A program made the position numbers and the translations under genes. A stretch of 64,000 nt of DNA from a virus (Duplodnaviria > Caudoviricetes): positions 11,782 to 75,781 of IMG/VR virus record IMGVR_UViG_2548876968_000003. One strand, 5' to 3'. Position 1 is the first letter of the stretch. Every line of letters begins with the position of its first letter. The notes beneath the pieces are model-generated. The model saw nothing but the letters and a program-made list of their open reading frames with translations, had not been told where the DNA came from and ran no database searches. Shown here in pieces: positions 46,571-63,257 of the stretch.

Positions 46571-47698
46571 TTGAGCGTGAATATGGAAACATATCAAAGA
46601 CCAACTCAGGGAAAATACCGCCCTGGGCCTATTGATGTATTGAAAATGGCAAGAAGTAAAAAGGATCTTCTTTCGAAGATTGCAGAATTGGATATAAATG
46701 GAAGAAGTCAGTACGGCGGCTGTATAACGAAAAATAAAAAACTAGGTATGTATGTAGATCTGGCTGAAACGACCGTATCCAAATATATTCGAGAGTTTCG
46801 AAAAGAAAAGCTCGTTCACCAAACTTCTTTTCATGGAAGCTATCGAACTTTACGTATATCAGATGAATTGTATTTCGCAATTATTGAAGAGAGAACACGG
46901 AATATAGAACTTGCGAAATCAAGAAAAGAAGTGTACAGAAATCCTAGTCTCGATCAAAAGCCTAGCGCAGACGGTCACTTAACCCAAAGACAAAGGTACG
47001 GGGCAGACCCGTACAATAATCCGCCTCCTAGTCGTACTTCCCTAGAGACTTCTGTACCAACTTATGTACCTGCTATTTTTGATGAAACTGGAATTGAATG
47101 GGGAAAGTTCTTAAACTATGCAGACGAGGTTCTTTCTAAAAGTAGTAGGGGAGTTTTGCACAAGTTAAAAGTAAAATCAGACGGCAAAACTTTGAACTTA
47201 TTGGATGAAGTATCTGATTCACTCTTACGTGTGATTTCAAAGTATTTCCAAGAGCAATTAAAATTGCCACTTATTGTTCAAATCCAGAAAATCAAATTTA
47301 AAGAAGAAAAATCGGAGAATTCAAGTTCCGAAACAAATCAGACAAACGTTGAATTAGTTTGTGAGCAAACGCAGTTAGAAGGAGAAATCGTTAAAAATAC
47401 GGTCGGCACAAAACCAAAATTTAATCCAGAAATTCAATATGAGTATTTTCACAATATTAGATTTAGAGACGAGTCAATTCGGGGATTCTTGGACTACTCT
47501 TCCTTAAAACTAAATCGCCCGGATTTGGAAATACTTAGAAACGTAAGAATCCATTATAATTTTGAGAAGATAACATTTTTTGATCCGATTCCCGAAAAAC
47601 TTAAAAACCATATAAGAGAATACTTTTACCATAAAACAAAATCAGTGATAGCGCCCGTGTTTATGGAGAATCGAATACATTTTCACTCGGCGGCTTGA
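46571..47698 (+). CDS. Plasmid-type replication initiator (Leptospira plasmid Rep-like, 375 aa)
   Basis: N-terminal HTH (NKKLGMYVDLAETTVSKYIREF), low-complexity linker, duplicated C-terminal module; parA-partner-rep order as in Leptospira replicons. Confidence 0.75.
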   Translation: MSVNMETYQRPTQGKYRPGPIDVLKMARSKKDLLSKIAELDINGRSQYGGCITKNKKLGMYVDLAETTVSKYIREFRKEKLVHQTSFHGSYRTLRISDELYFAIIEERTRNIELAKSRKEVYRNPSLDQKPSADGHLTQRQRYGADPYNNPPPSRTSLETSVPTYVPAIFDETGIEWGKFLNYADEVLSKSSRGVLHKLKVKSDGKTLNLLDEVSDSLLRVISKYFQEQLKLPLIVQIQKIKFKEEKSENSSSETNQTNVELVCEQTQLEGEIVKNTVGTKPKFNPEIQYEYFHNIRFRDESIRGFLDYSSLKLNRPDLEILRNVRIHYNFEKITFFDPIPEKLKNHIREYFYHKTKSVIAPVFMENRIHFHSAA

Positions 47699-47959
47699 CC
47701 TATTCTTCGTCTTTTGTTCGAAGTTGATGCCTCCTCGAACAAGAAGTCTAATAAGTAAATGAGAATAACAATGTTTACGAATATTTTCGGATAGGATAAG
47801 GAAATATGTGGTTTTGAAAAGTATTGTTACCAAAAGGGAAGGGGATGCCAATGGTTTCGGTTTCGAATACAGTGGAGTTGGATTTTATCCGACTAAAAAA
47901 CGGCCCGTCGGATATATAGTTTAGCGCTATGCGGATGTATTTTTGAAAATTTCTCCAAT

Positions 47960-48562
47960 TCATTTCTTTCTCCAAATCAAAAAATTCATGATTAGATTTA
48001 AAAGAGAAATGCCCCCGATAAACATGAATGCAAATTGATAGATTCGGTCTTTTGAAGAATCATTTTCTACGTTATTTGTCTTTATTTGCGAAAGAATCGA
48101 ATTGAGTTCTTCCCTAATATTTTGTACCGACCGATAGATTTCAGAATCTAATAGAATCACGGTATTAGGAGGGCCTAAAGATTTTCCGAAAGAAGTTTGC
48201 CCAAAACGAGTTTTATTCGGCATTTTTCGCAAATTTTCCATTTCTGCTTTCAATTCCTGGTTTAGAGGCCATTTTAGATACGCTTTTTGAAAAAACTGTT
48301 TCGCTCGGTCGTAATTCCCGCGTTTCCTTTCTTCTCTGGCAATTCCAATCCAGGCTCTTGTCAGAATAAACTCCGCTTTAGGGTCCGAAGGATTATTTGT
48401 GAGAAGTGAGATTGCAAGATTCTCGGCTTTGGTATATTGACTTTCTTCAAGAAGCCTTTCGCCATCTTCATGACTTCCCGCCATAACGTTTTCTTCTGAA
48501 AGTAAGCCAAAAGAAAGAATGAATAAAAATAGGGATAGCTTTTGTAAAGAAATCATATTCAT
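47960..48562 (-). CDS. TPR-like membrane-anchored protein (200 aa), paralog 2
   Basis: Signal peptide, TPR-like helices, C-terminal TM segment; similar to 48915..49505. Confidence 0.75.
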   Translation of the reverse strand: MNMISLQKLSLFLFILSFGLLSEENVMAGSHEDGERLLEESQYTKAENLAISLLTNNPSDPKAEFILTRAWIGIAREERKRGNYDRAKQFFQKAYLKWPLNQELKAEMENLRKMPNKTRFGQTSFGKSLGPPNTVILLDSEIYRSVQNIREELNSILSQIKTNNVENDSSKDRIYQFAFMFIGGISLLNLIMNFLIWRKK

Positions 48563-48664
48563 TTACCTGTCGATTCGAATTGCCTTGTGACCGTAACGAG
48601 CTCTCGGCATCTTTTGAGAATCAAGAGTCCAAATACTTGCAATCGGATTTTGAAGACCGATGGA
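48563..48664 (-). pseudogene. 3' remnant of a second Kelch gene
   Basis: SIGLQNPIASIWTLDSQKMPRARYGHKAIRIDR* versus SMDLGNPTTTPWRTETITLPVARYGHKAVILSR* of 49502..50863. Confidence 0.75.
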
Positions 48665-48914
48665 ATTTATTCCGGATCAGTAGAGTGGGGCATGTCATTG
48701 GAAATCCGATGAGCCTGATAAACTTTCGAACGAAAAGCCTAAACTATTAAAAGCTATTACTTTATTTCTTATGGAAGAGTTTCAGTATCCAACTGAACAA
48801 ATTACAAATGAATTTGGTTTGTATTCGAAAGAAGCCCCGCTAATTTATTTAGGAAAGGCTTTATTGAAGTCAATTAAGAATAGTTGAAATTTTACATGGC
48901 TATCTGTGCATAAA

Positions 48915-49505
48915 TCAACGACGAAAACCTAACTTTAAAAGAATGAAGCACTGTAAAAGAATAGAAACTGAGATCAAAGTTAACGTTAGGTAGAATGAGT
49001 TTGATTTCTCTTGCGAAAGATGAATTTCATATCGGATTTGTTTTAGTGTTTCATTCATTTCTTGAAATGGAATGTTTAAGCTACCATTTTCACTCGACGA
49101 AGAGCCGAGCCCGGAATGTCGAGTTTTAAAAATCGATAAGGATGCAACATGGTCCACAAGTTTCTTATCTTTTAGTTCCATATATCTGGCGCGAAGAGAG
49201 GGGTTATTCGGCCAATTGGAGAAGGCCTTCTCGTAATAAGAAAACGCAGTTTTGAATTTACGATCCTTGTATTTTTGATCAGCGACTTTAATCCAAACTT
49301 CGGTTTGATAAAGTTGAAGAGTCACATCATTTGGATTGATTTTTATCCATTCATCAAGAAGCGACTGAGCCTCCACAACACGATTTGAATCGATAAAGTC
49401 TTTGATCTGCCGGTAAGAATTATTCTCATCCGCATTTTGCGAATAGATAGAAGCAGCGAATAGGAGTGAAAGTAAAATTGAACCTGCGATTTTTCTCATC
49501 TTCAT
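48915..49505 (-). CDS. TPR-like membrane-anchored protein (196 aa), paralog 1
   Basis: Signal peptide, TPR-like helices, C-terminal TM segment. Confidence 0.78.
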   Translation of the reverse strand: MKMRKIAGSILLSLLFAASIYSQNADENNSYRQIKDFIDSNRVVEAQSLLDEWIKINPNDVTLQLYQTEVWIKVADQKYKDRKFKTAFSYYEKAFSNWPNNPSLRARYMELKDKKLVDHVASLSIFKTRHSGLGSSSSENGSLNIPFQEMNETLKQIRYEIHLSQEKSNSFYLTLTLISVSILLQCFILLKLGFRR

Positions 49506-50863
49506 CTACTCAAAATCACTGCTTTGTGACCGTATCGAGCTACGGGTAAAGTAATTGTTTCCGTTCTCCACGGAGTCGTTGTAGGGTTTCCTAAATCCAT
49601 TGAGTAAACCTTATCCTGCGGAACGTTAGTGAGATTGGCTCCACCGAAGAGAAACGCTCTTCTGAGTTCGTAGGACACTTCCATTGCAGGATAATAAAGA
49701 GCAGTTGGTAAAATTCCGCCTGCTGTATAATTGGAAGTAGTCGCTAAACTGTAATCAAACGTATTAGAAGACGTAACTGAAGTAGGGGGTTGGAACACAT
49801 CGGCGGTTGTCGATCCGCCTGCAATTAAGATGGCGGCTGGGTCAGCAGGGTAGGTGTCCTTTGAATTTGGGCGATAACAAGCCATTGCAGCTCCATACTT
49901 CGCCTGGCTGATAGTCGCTTCGACAAGGGAGGTAGTCGTATTTCCACTTGGAATATAAGCATCTGAAGTGTTAAACGGAAGACCGTCTGTGTTTCGTCTT
50001 CCGCCGGAAAAAAACAAGGTATCGTGAATCGCACAACCAGGCATATCCACTCTTTGAAAAATCGCACTGTTTGAAACATACTTCAACCAAGTTCCATTGG
50101 TTCCTAAAGAAGGAGTAAACTTGTAAACCGTATTTGCGAGGGTGCCAGTTGTCATATCTGCTGAAGTTGTTCCGGATATAATATAGATATCGTTTCCAGA
50201 TGAAAAAGCGATTCCGCCCTGATGAGTGTCTGGCATTGGAGAAAGGATCTTCCAGACGTTATTGAAGGGATCGTATTCGTTGACGGTATTGACCGCCGTG
50301 AAAGCTATGCCTGATTTTACCAAGCCGCCCATAACGTAGATCTTATTCTGATGAGAAACAATATTGGAATACGCTCTTGGAGTAGGGACACTTGTAATCG
50401 CTGTTAACCATTGGTTTGTTACGGGATCATACAAATCTACTTGTGCGATCGGAGAAATTCCAGCTCCAAGTCCGCCGATAATCCAAATACCTCGGGTCTT
50501 TTGTGGCTGATCACTTACAAGAGTCTGAAAGGTGAGAAGTAATGGATTTGGAGGGGATTGTAAATCTCCACAAAAAGCTGAATAGAAGTAATTCGTCTGA
50601 GTTTCAAGGTTATTGATTACTACAATGTGGTCCTTCGAGTTCGTAATACTTGGCATAATTCCTTCGATACTTCCTTTGCCGTAAGCAACTGCGGCAGAGG
50701 ATTTAGCCTTACATTTAAAGATGAACGTTGCACTTGTTGCTCCAGGGATAACGAGAGGAAAGCCGTCGAGTTTATGAGTATCCAAATTGGAACCGTCGAT
50801 AAGGGGAGAATTCCCACAGTTAACAAAAGTTAGAAAGATGAGAAGGGAAAAAATAGATTTCAT
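49502..50863 (-). CDS. Kelch-repeat lipoprotein (453 aa)
   Basis: Lipobox FVNC; Kelch blades (IYVMGG...YDP...W) after an FN3-like N-terminus. Confidence 0.88.
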   Translation of the reverse strand: MKSIFSLLIFLTFVNCGNSPLIDGSNLDTHKLDGFPLVIPGATSATFIFKCKAKSSAAVAYGKGSIEGIMPSITNSKDHIVVINNLETQTNYFYSAFCGDLQSPPNPLLLTFQTLVSDQPQKTRGIWIIGGLGAGISPIAQVDLYDPVTNQWLTAITSVPTPRAYSNIVSHQNKIYVMGGLVKSGIAFTAVNTVNEYDPFNNVWKILSPMPDTHQGGIAFSSGNDIYIISGTTSADMTTGTLANTVYKFTPSLGTNGTWLKYVSNSAIFQRVDMPGCAIHDTLFFSGGRRNTDGLPFNTSDAYIPSGNTTTSLVEATISQAKYGAAMACYRPNSKDTYPADPAAILIAGGSTTADVFQPPTSVTSSNTFDYSLATTSNYTAGGILPTALYYPAMEVSYELRRAFLFGGANLTNVPQDKVYSMDLGNPTTTPWRTETITLPVARYGHKAVILSR

Positions 50864-50892
50864 TCAATAGTTCCAGATTTGATATGTGTATA

Positions 50893-52365
50893 TTAATATT
50901 TTATTATGAATAGGTTGTAATCAAGGCCGGGTTTCCCCGTAAAAGTCTCATTATTTAACGAACTCTCGGTAAATCCAGTTAGGTATGGATGTCCTTGTTG
51001 ATCAATCGTGATTGAAGACGCTTCGCAATTGAAACCTTTAAGGCCCGTAATCGATGTCCAAATTTTATTTCCATTTAAGTCATATTTTGAAATAAACACA
51101 TTGTGCCTCGAATTGCTTGGATCGGAATGGGTTTGTTTATCTAGATTTCCAGTAGTGTAACCCGTAATATAGAGGCTTTGATTCTTATCAAAAACAATTC
51201 CTGTTCCTACTGCATTTTTGCTTGAAAATTCAAAAATCGATCCTGTAAATCCTAACTGTCTGGTCCAAATGCGATTTCCATTGCTATCAAATTTAATTAC
51301 GAGTAGATCTCTTGTGTTGTTTCCTGATTGCATTTGGTCGTCAATATTTCCATTTGTGGATCCGGTAATATAAATGTTTCCTTGACCGTCTAACGTTACT
51401 CCGTTGGATTTGGTATCTTTCCCGGAGGTTCCGGTCAATTTCGTCCATATCCGATTTCCGCTACTATCAAATTGAATGAGAAAAGAATCGTTAGCTCCGG
51501 AAACGGGAATGCCATCCATAGTAGTCATATTAAAAGTGGTGCCGACTAAATAGATCTTTCCATTAGAGTTATCGTATGTAATTCCAGAAGGAGATGGGCC
51601 GGCGTATAATTTAGTCCACTGTTTTGCTCCAGCAGAATTATACTTTACTATAAAATAGCCGGTTCCTCCTCCGCCAAAGGTTTGTCCATCAAGGCCGCTT
51701 GCAGAGTTTCCGGTAACAAAAATATTGCCAGTAGAGTCGGTTGCAACGCTTGTAGCACCAGTATTGCCACCTGCCGCAATACCCAATAATCTGGTCCATT
51801 GCTTATTGCCATTCGAATCATATTTTACTATAAACAGATCTGAATCAATAAAGTCGGGAGTTCCGTCAAACGCCTCTCCGTCCAAAGCTCCGTTTGTGGT
51901 TCCAACGGAATAAATATTTCCAGATAAATCAGATGCAATAGCGTAGGCGGTCGTTTGGTCGCCGGCAACACCCATTAATCGAGTCCATTGTTTCGAACCG
52001 GATGAATTGTATTTTGTTACGAAAAGGTCGTAAAATCCAGTGAGGGCCTGGCCGTCGAAATTGCCGGAAGCTTGTCCTGTCGCATAAACATTATTATTTT
52101 GATCGGATGCAATTGAATTTGTCTTTAGAAGTCCTGAATTTTGTCCAAGTAATCGAGTCCATTCTGCTTTTGGTCCGGGTGTCGTTATGTCGGAGAACAA
52201 TTGAAGTAAGGAGAGGATTACCAGATCATCCATTCCTTTTTTTTCATGCTTACAAGTAAAGATAGTCCCCGTCAAGAAGAGGATAAAAAAAGAATTCTTG
52301 AATATTCTTAGCATACGTTTCATGTTTTTTCTCCCAAATTTTGTATAAAAGATAAAGTAGTTCAT
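50893..52365 (-). CDS. SBBP (seven-bladed beta-propeller) repeat lipoprotein (490 aa)
   Basis: Seven WTRL/WTKL...G repeats with D..GN.YVTG and F.VKYD..G; IFTC lipobox-like sequence. Confidence 0.88.
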   Translation of the reverse strand: MNYFIFYTKFGRKNMKRMLRIFKNSFFILFLTGTIFTCKHEKKGMDDLVILSLLQLFSDITTPGPKAEWTRLLGQNSGLLKTNSIASDQNNNVYATGQASGNFDGQALTGFYDLFVTKYNSSGSKQWTRLMGVAGDQTTAYAIASDLSGNIYSVGTTNGALDGEAFDGTPDFIDSDLFIVKYDSNGNKQWTRLLGIAAGGNTGATSVATDSTGNIFVTGNSASGLDGQTFGGGGTGYFIVKYNSAGAKQWTKLYAGPSPSGITYDNSNGKIYLVGTTFNMTTMDGIPVSGANDSFLIQFDSSGNRIWTKLTGTSGKDTKSNGVTLDGQGNIYITGSTNGNIDDQMQSGNNTRDLLVIKFDSNGNRIWTRQLGFTGSIFEFSSKNAVGTGIVFDKNQSLYITGYTTGNLDKQTHSDPSNSRHNVFISKYDLNGNKIWTSITGLKGFNCEASSITIDQQGHPYLTGFTESSLNNETFTGKPGLDYNLFIIKY

Positions 52366-53267
52366 AGTATCAGCAATGCACCTAACTCAAGACCTACGTT
52401 ACATACTTGACCACCTGATTCAAAGATGCACGTAGAGCGAATACCGGTTCGAAAAACAACGGATTTGTACTGAAGTCCTTGCCAGCCGAATTCTAAATAA
52501 GTTGCAGGATTGGTCCCGGAAAACCTTTGATTGTTTCCGGAATACTGAACCGTAGAAGAACCGATTCCGACGTTTGTATAAAAATCCAAAAGTAGACTTT
52601 CGCCGATTCGAAACGAGCGATTGAAGTAGAAAAATTGGTTTAAGAAAGAGTAATGCGATGAACCGGAGTTTGATTCTTGGTATTCCAACCTGAGTCCGGG
52701 ACGAAATCTCGCGATTTCAAAGAACGCAGGTTCCAAATAAATTCCAGCACCAAATGTAGAAGGATTGGAAACGCCAAGGGGAACTCCGTTTGCTAAGGCG
52801 GAAAGGGAAAATCCAAATTTGTGATTCCAATTCTTTTCTCCGGCACTGAGATACTTGGGATTTAAATTCGGATTCGTAATTTCAGGCGCATCGGAAGAAC
52901 GAATCTTGTTTTTATCTAAATGGATAAAGCCGAGATCGGTTTTGATCATGACTTCTTTTTCAGAATCTTCAGCCACGATTCCCTTGATCATACTTCCGTC
53001 TTTCAATTGAAAGGAAGTGTAGTGATAAGAAGTATCCGATCCGTTTTTTGATAAGTCGATAGAAGCTATATCTTTTCTTGGGATTTCGTAATTCTTCTCT
53101 TTCCATTGAAATCTTACTCGAATGTCGGATTCTTCCTGAATCTTTCCAATGAAGGCAGAACCATCTTTCATTACGATTTCGGCGGAGAATAGGGGAAATG
53201 AACTGAAAATCAACAGGAATAAGAATACGAAAGAGCAAGAAGCGGAAGGAAATTGAAGTTTTAGCAT
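52362..53267 (-). CDS. LA_3334-family-like exported / outer-membrane protein (301 aa)
   Basis: Signal peptide, two LKDG-type small beta domains, beta-barrel-like C-terminus; family assignment from recall. Confidence 0.6.
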   Translation of the reverse strand: MLKLQFPSASCSFVFLFLLIFSSFPLFSAEIVMKDGSAFIGKIQEESDIRVRFQWKEKNYEIPRKDIASIDLSKNGSDTSYHYTSFQLKDGSMIKGIVAEDSEKEVMIKTDLGFIHLDKNKIRSSDAPEITNPNLNPKYLSAGEKNWNHKFGFSLSALANGVPLGVSNPSTFGAGIYLEPAFFEIARFRPGLRLEYQESNSGSSHYSFLNQFFYFNRSFRIGESLLLDFYTNVGIGSSTVQYSGNNQRFSGTNPATYLEFGWQGLQYKSVVFRTGIRSTCIFESGGQVCNVGLELGALLIL

Positions 53268-53560
53268 GATTGGGAGTTTTGAAAAAGAATTATATGTCTC
53301 AGAATGAATATTTTAATTTCAAATTATAAAGAAAGTAGTCGATCTGCGATTAAATTGATTACTTAAAACAAAAATGCGCCTAAGTTTTTAAAGTCAAGAG
53401 AATTTGAGTTAAATAAATTAAATAAAAGTTTTAAATGATAAAATAATATTTCTTTATGATTAAATAGTGGATAAGTATGTCAAAAAATTCATTGACTTAC
53501 GTTGTCTTGAAAGGTCCATCTGTCATTCATCTGGAACTTTTATGGGAATGAAATAGAAAC

Positions 53561-60403
<6,843 letters not shown>

Positions 60404-60416
60404 ACTGATAGATAGA

Positions 60417-61058
60417 ATGGCCCGTTTAATATCATTTTTCTTTTTTCCTATTTTTATCTTTGGATGTTTATATATTCCTCAAACGCCGGTTCAATTCAAG
60501 AGTGACGAAAAAATTTTACATCGAAGCGAACGAACTCATGTATGTTTTGAATATAAGTCAGAACGGATTGATGGTATTTCAATTGAAGAATTTAAAAAAC
60601 TCAATGGAGATGTTTATGTAGGACAATATTTTAAAATAAAAAAATCCTTGGAAACTAACTTTGTAAATCGAATCGGCATTTCAACTTGTGACGGAACAAC
60701 ATTATATGAATTTAAAATTATAATCTCAATTGATATTAACTTTAAAATGGATTGTTCCGTAGAGGCTGACTCTACTAAATGGAATGGATGCCAATTCTGG
60801 GGCTTTTTGTCCGGCTTGACATTGACTATGATTCCGTTTTGGGGAATATCGACGAGTGAAGTGAAATACGAGGTGATTGGATTGGATAATAGAAAATATT
60901 TTTATATATATAAGCCCAGTATTTTTTCTTTTTTCCAAATCATATTGATCCCAATTTCGTGGATCAATTTGTTCAATGGCGGGCGAGAAGTATCATTTGC
61001 CAAATCAGTTGATCTTTTCTTAATCGATTCCGGACTCACTACATTGCAAAATAAATGA
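60417..61058 (+). CDS. Putative immunity lipoprotein 1 (213 aa)
   Basis: Directly after the RHS stop; lipobox IFGC; paralog of 61249..61890. Confidence 0.7.
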   Translation: MARLISFFFFPIFIFGCLYIPQTPVQFKSDEKILHRSERTHVCFEYKSERIDGISIEEFKKLNGDVYVGQYFKIKKSLETNFVNRIGISTCDGTTLYEFKIIISIDINFKMDCSVEADSTKWNGCQFWGFLSGLTLTMIPFWGISTSEVKYEVIGLDNRKYFYIYKPSIFSFFQIILIPISWINLFNGGREVSFAKSVDLFLIDSGLTTLQNK

Positions 61059-61176
61059 TAGTATCTGGTAAAAAAACGACTTATATGCCTAATTCCTCTA
61101 TTAAAGCGATCACTTCTTCTTTTGATTTGGCCTTGGTTTTAAGGCTATAATAAAAATCCGATTTTCCGCTTTTCAG

Positions 61177-61239
61177 CTGATTATTGAAGGAATAGCCGGT
61201 GAAGAAGCAGAAGATGGACGACCGTATAATACGAATTGA
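61177..61239 (+). pseudogene. Orphan duplicate of the last 20 codons of the RHS toxin
   Basis: [20 protein letters not shown] versus [20 protein letters not shown] (60341-60403). Confidence 0.85.
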
Positions 61240-61248
61240 ATTTAGCTA

Positions 61249-61890
61249 ATGTTCCAAAGATTATTTTTATTTTTTATAGTATTCTTTGTTTTAGGTTGCT
61301 TGCATTTTAGACAACCCCTCATTATCGGAGAAGAAAATTCAAAAATAAATTCTAAATTTAAAAGTGAAAAGTTTTGTTTTGAATTCAAAAAAGAGGAAAT
61401 GGATGGTGTAAAAGTCCTAAAAACCGGATCTAGATTTGAAACTGCAAGTCTGAAAATATTCAACGTTTATCGGAGATCTATTGAAGACGCATTCTTCAAG
61501 TTTTCCGGAATTTTACACTGTGCAACTCCAAAGCAATCAAATTATACTGTCATACGAATATCTCTGAATGTAAGAGGGAGTGCGGACTGTTTGATAAAAC
61601 GAAATCCTGAAGATTTCAATGGTTGCCAAGTTTGGGGATACGTCTCGTTAATGAGTTTCTTTGTTGTACCGTTTTGGGGAAAAGCCAGCAGTGAAGTAAT
61701 ATACGAAATTGTGGATTCCGATTCGAGTCAATATATATTTCATTATAGGCCAAGTGTATATTTTATTGATCATATTCTATTGCTGCCGATTTCCTGGATT
61801 GTCATCTTGCGATCAGTTAAAAAAGGCTCTTTTGTAGAAACTGTGGAAGCCTTTTTGAGCGATTCTGGTATATCGGTAAGAAATCATTAA
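61249..61890 (+). CDS. Putative immunity lipoprotein 2 (213 aa)
   Basis: Lipobox VLGC; shares CFE.K.E..DG, NGCQ.WG, PFWG..SEV.YE and LLPISWI with lipoprotein 1. Confidence 0.7.
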   Translation: MFQRLFLFFIVFFVLGCLHFRQPLIIGEENSKINSKFKSEKFCFEFKKEEMDGVKVLKTGSRFETASLKIFNVYRRSIEDAFFKFSGILHCATPKQSNYTVIRISLNVRGSADCLIKRNPEDFNGCQVWGYVSLMSFFVVPFWGKASSEVIYEIVDSDSSQYIFHYRPSVYFIDHILLLPISWIVILRSVKKGSFVETVEAFLSDSGISVRNH

Positions 61891-62132
61891 AAATATGGCT
61901 TCAAAATTATTGTCGTTTATGTAACTCTGCTGTGCAGAATCCACACCAAAGGTAGAAAGTTGGGTCCGGAAAACCGGATTGCCCTTTGAAATTCGGTCTT
62001 TAAGAGTGTATTAGAGATTATGAGTACAACCCAAAAATCAAAAAACTTGCCCGGTGTAATAGCCGGGTTTTTTGTTAAGGGATTATAAGGAAAGAGAAGC
62101 AAAATCGAAACTTCATTAAGACCTAACAACAA

Positions 62133-63155
62133 TTAAAAGATAAAACCCGCACCAATGTAAAATAGACTCAAAGAATCTAGCTTTTCTTGAGTATATTCGT
62201 ATTTATTTAAATCGGAAGAAATGATAGACCGAAAATTGAAAGAATTATTCAATTCTTTGTATTGTAAAAATTTCGCCCTAGATAAGATCAATTCATAACC
62301 GAAAAATAATCTGAGATTCCTAAAAGGGTAAAAGGACAATTCTGTAGTAAGATCGAAACCACGAAATTGAATCCTATTGGAAGCGTTTGAAGTAAAAAAA
62401 TCATACGTATTCAAACTTACAAAATTAGATTTAGAAATACCCTGCAAAAAGAAAACATCCAGATTTGTTCTCAAGGAAAGACCTCTAAGCAATTGTAATT
62501 CGGATCTCAGACTAACTTGAGGCCCGTACGTTTTAGTGATATCGGAATAACTGGAAACAAACGAAGCAAGTTGAAGGTATTCCGGAATAAAATCCGGATA
62601 ATTCCGTTTACTTGTAATGGATAAGAATCTAACGCCGCCGCCAAGACTCAGTAAAAAACGATCCTTGTTAAAAATTTCTTTAGTAAGTGCGAATTTATTT
62701 TCCGTTCGAAAAGGGTGGATGTTATATAAAAATCCGGAACCAATGTAAGAATATTCTTCGCCTGTCGAACCATAAACTCCTGCATATTTGAAATTGACCT
62801 TAAAATGTTGAGAAAGAGACAGATGGTTATAATCAAACGAAAACTTATGAACAAAATTCTTATACACGAAACCAAAACTTTTAAAATCGGGGTTGTCAAA
62901 CTTTTTGTCTCTACTCGGAGGATCATAACTAGTGAAAATGCCGTTATTGGCGGAATTCCCTAAGGAGGAATTCGCATCCGAGGTTCTTCGGATTGATTCG
63001 GGAAGCCAAGAAGCTCGATTCAGCCTGAGGAACAATTCAAATGAGTGCTTTTTTAAATTATTTTTCGATTCGGTTTCATAATTTAAATTATCAGCATTGT
63101 CTGAATAAATTTCAGTAGCGAACAAAAAAATTAAAATAAAGATGAATCGTTTCAT
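62133..63155 (-). CDS. Outer-membrane beta-barrel-like protein (340 aa)
   Basis: Signal peptide, amphipathic strands, C-terminal YIGAGFIF. Confidence 0.7.
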   Translation of the reverse strand: MKRFIFILIFLFATEIYSDNADNLNYETESKNNLKKHSFELFLRLNRASWLPESIRRTSDANSSLGNSANNGIFTSYDPPSRDKKFDNPDFKSFGFVYKNFVHKFSFDYNHLSLSQHFKVNFKYAGVYGSTGEEYSYIGSGFLYNIHPFRTENKFALTKEIFNKDRFLLSLGGGVRFLSITSKRNYPDFIPEYLQLASFVSSYSDITKTYGPQVSLRSELQLLRGLSLRTNLDVFFLQGISKSNFVSLNTYDFFTSNASNRIQFRGFDLTTELSFYPFRNLRLFFGYELILSRAKFLQYKELNNSFNFRSIISSDLNKYEYTQEKLDSLSLFYIGAGFIF

Positions 63156-63257
63156 TGATTTTACCTGCTTTGATATTGTATAAATTCGTAAGTTTTCAAA
63201 TAAGAAGGATAACGTGTAAAAATTGAGAAATTCGAATGAGAATTTGTATTTTGATTA

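Larger units (their letters stand above)
1..47698. mobile_element. Phage-plasmid / prophage with contractile-tail virion module and plasmid par-rep replicon (left end outside window, right boundary uncertain)
   Basis: Terminase, protease, capsid, sheath, tube, tape measure and baseplate genes contiguous with a phage replication gene and parA/parB-like/rep; no integrase or att site seen. Confidence 0.85.

Noticed and set aside
47775-47975. 66-aa ORF downstream of TPR-2
   Set aside because: No recognisable motif; overlaps the TPR stop and converges on rep; may be spurious
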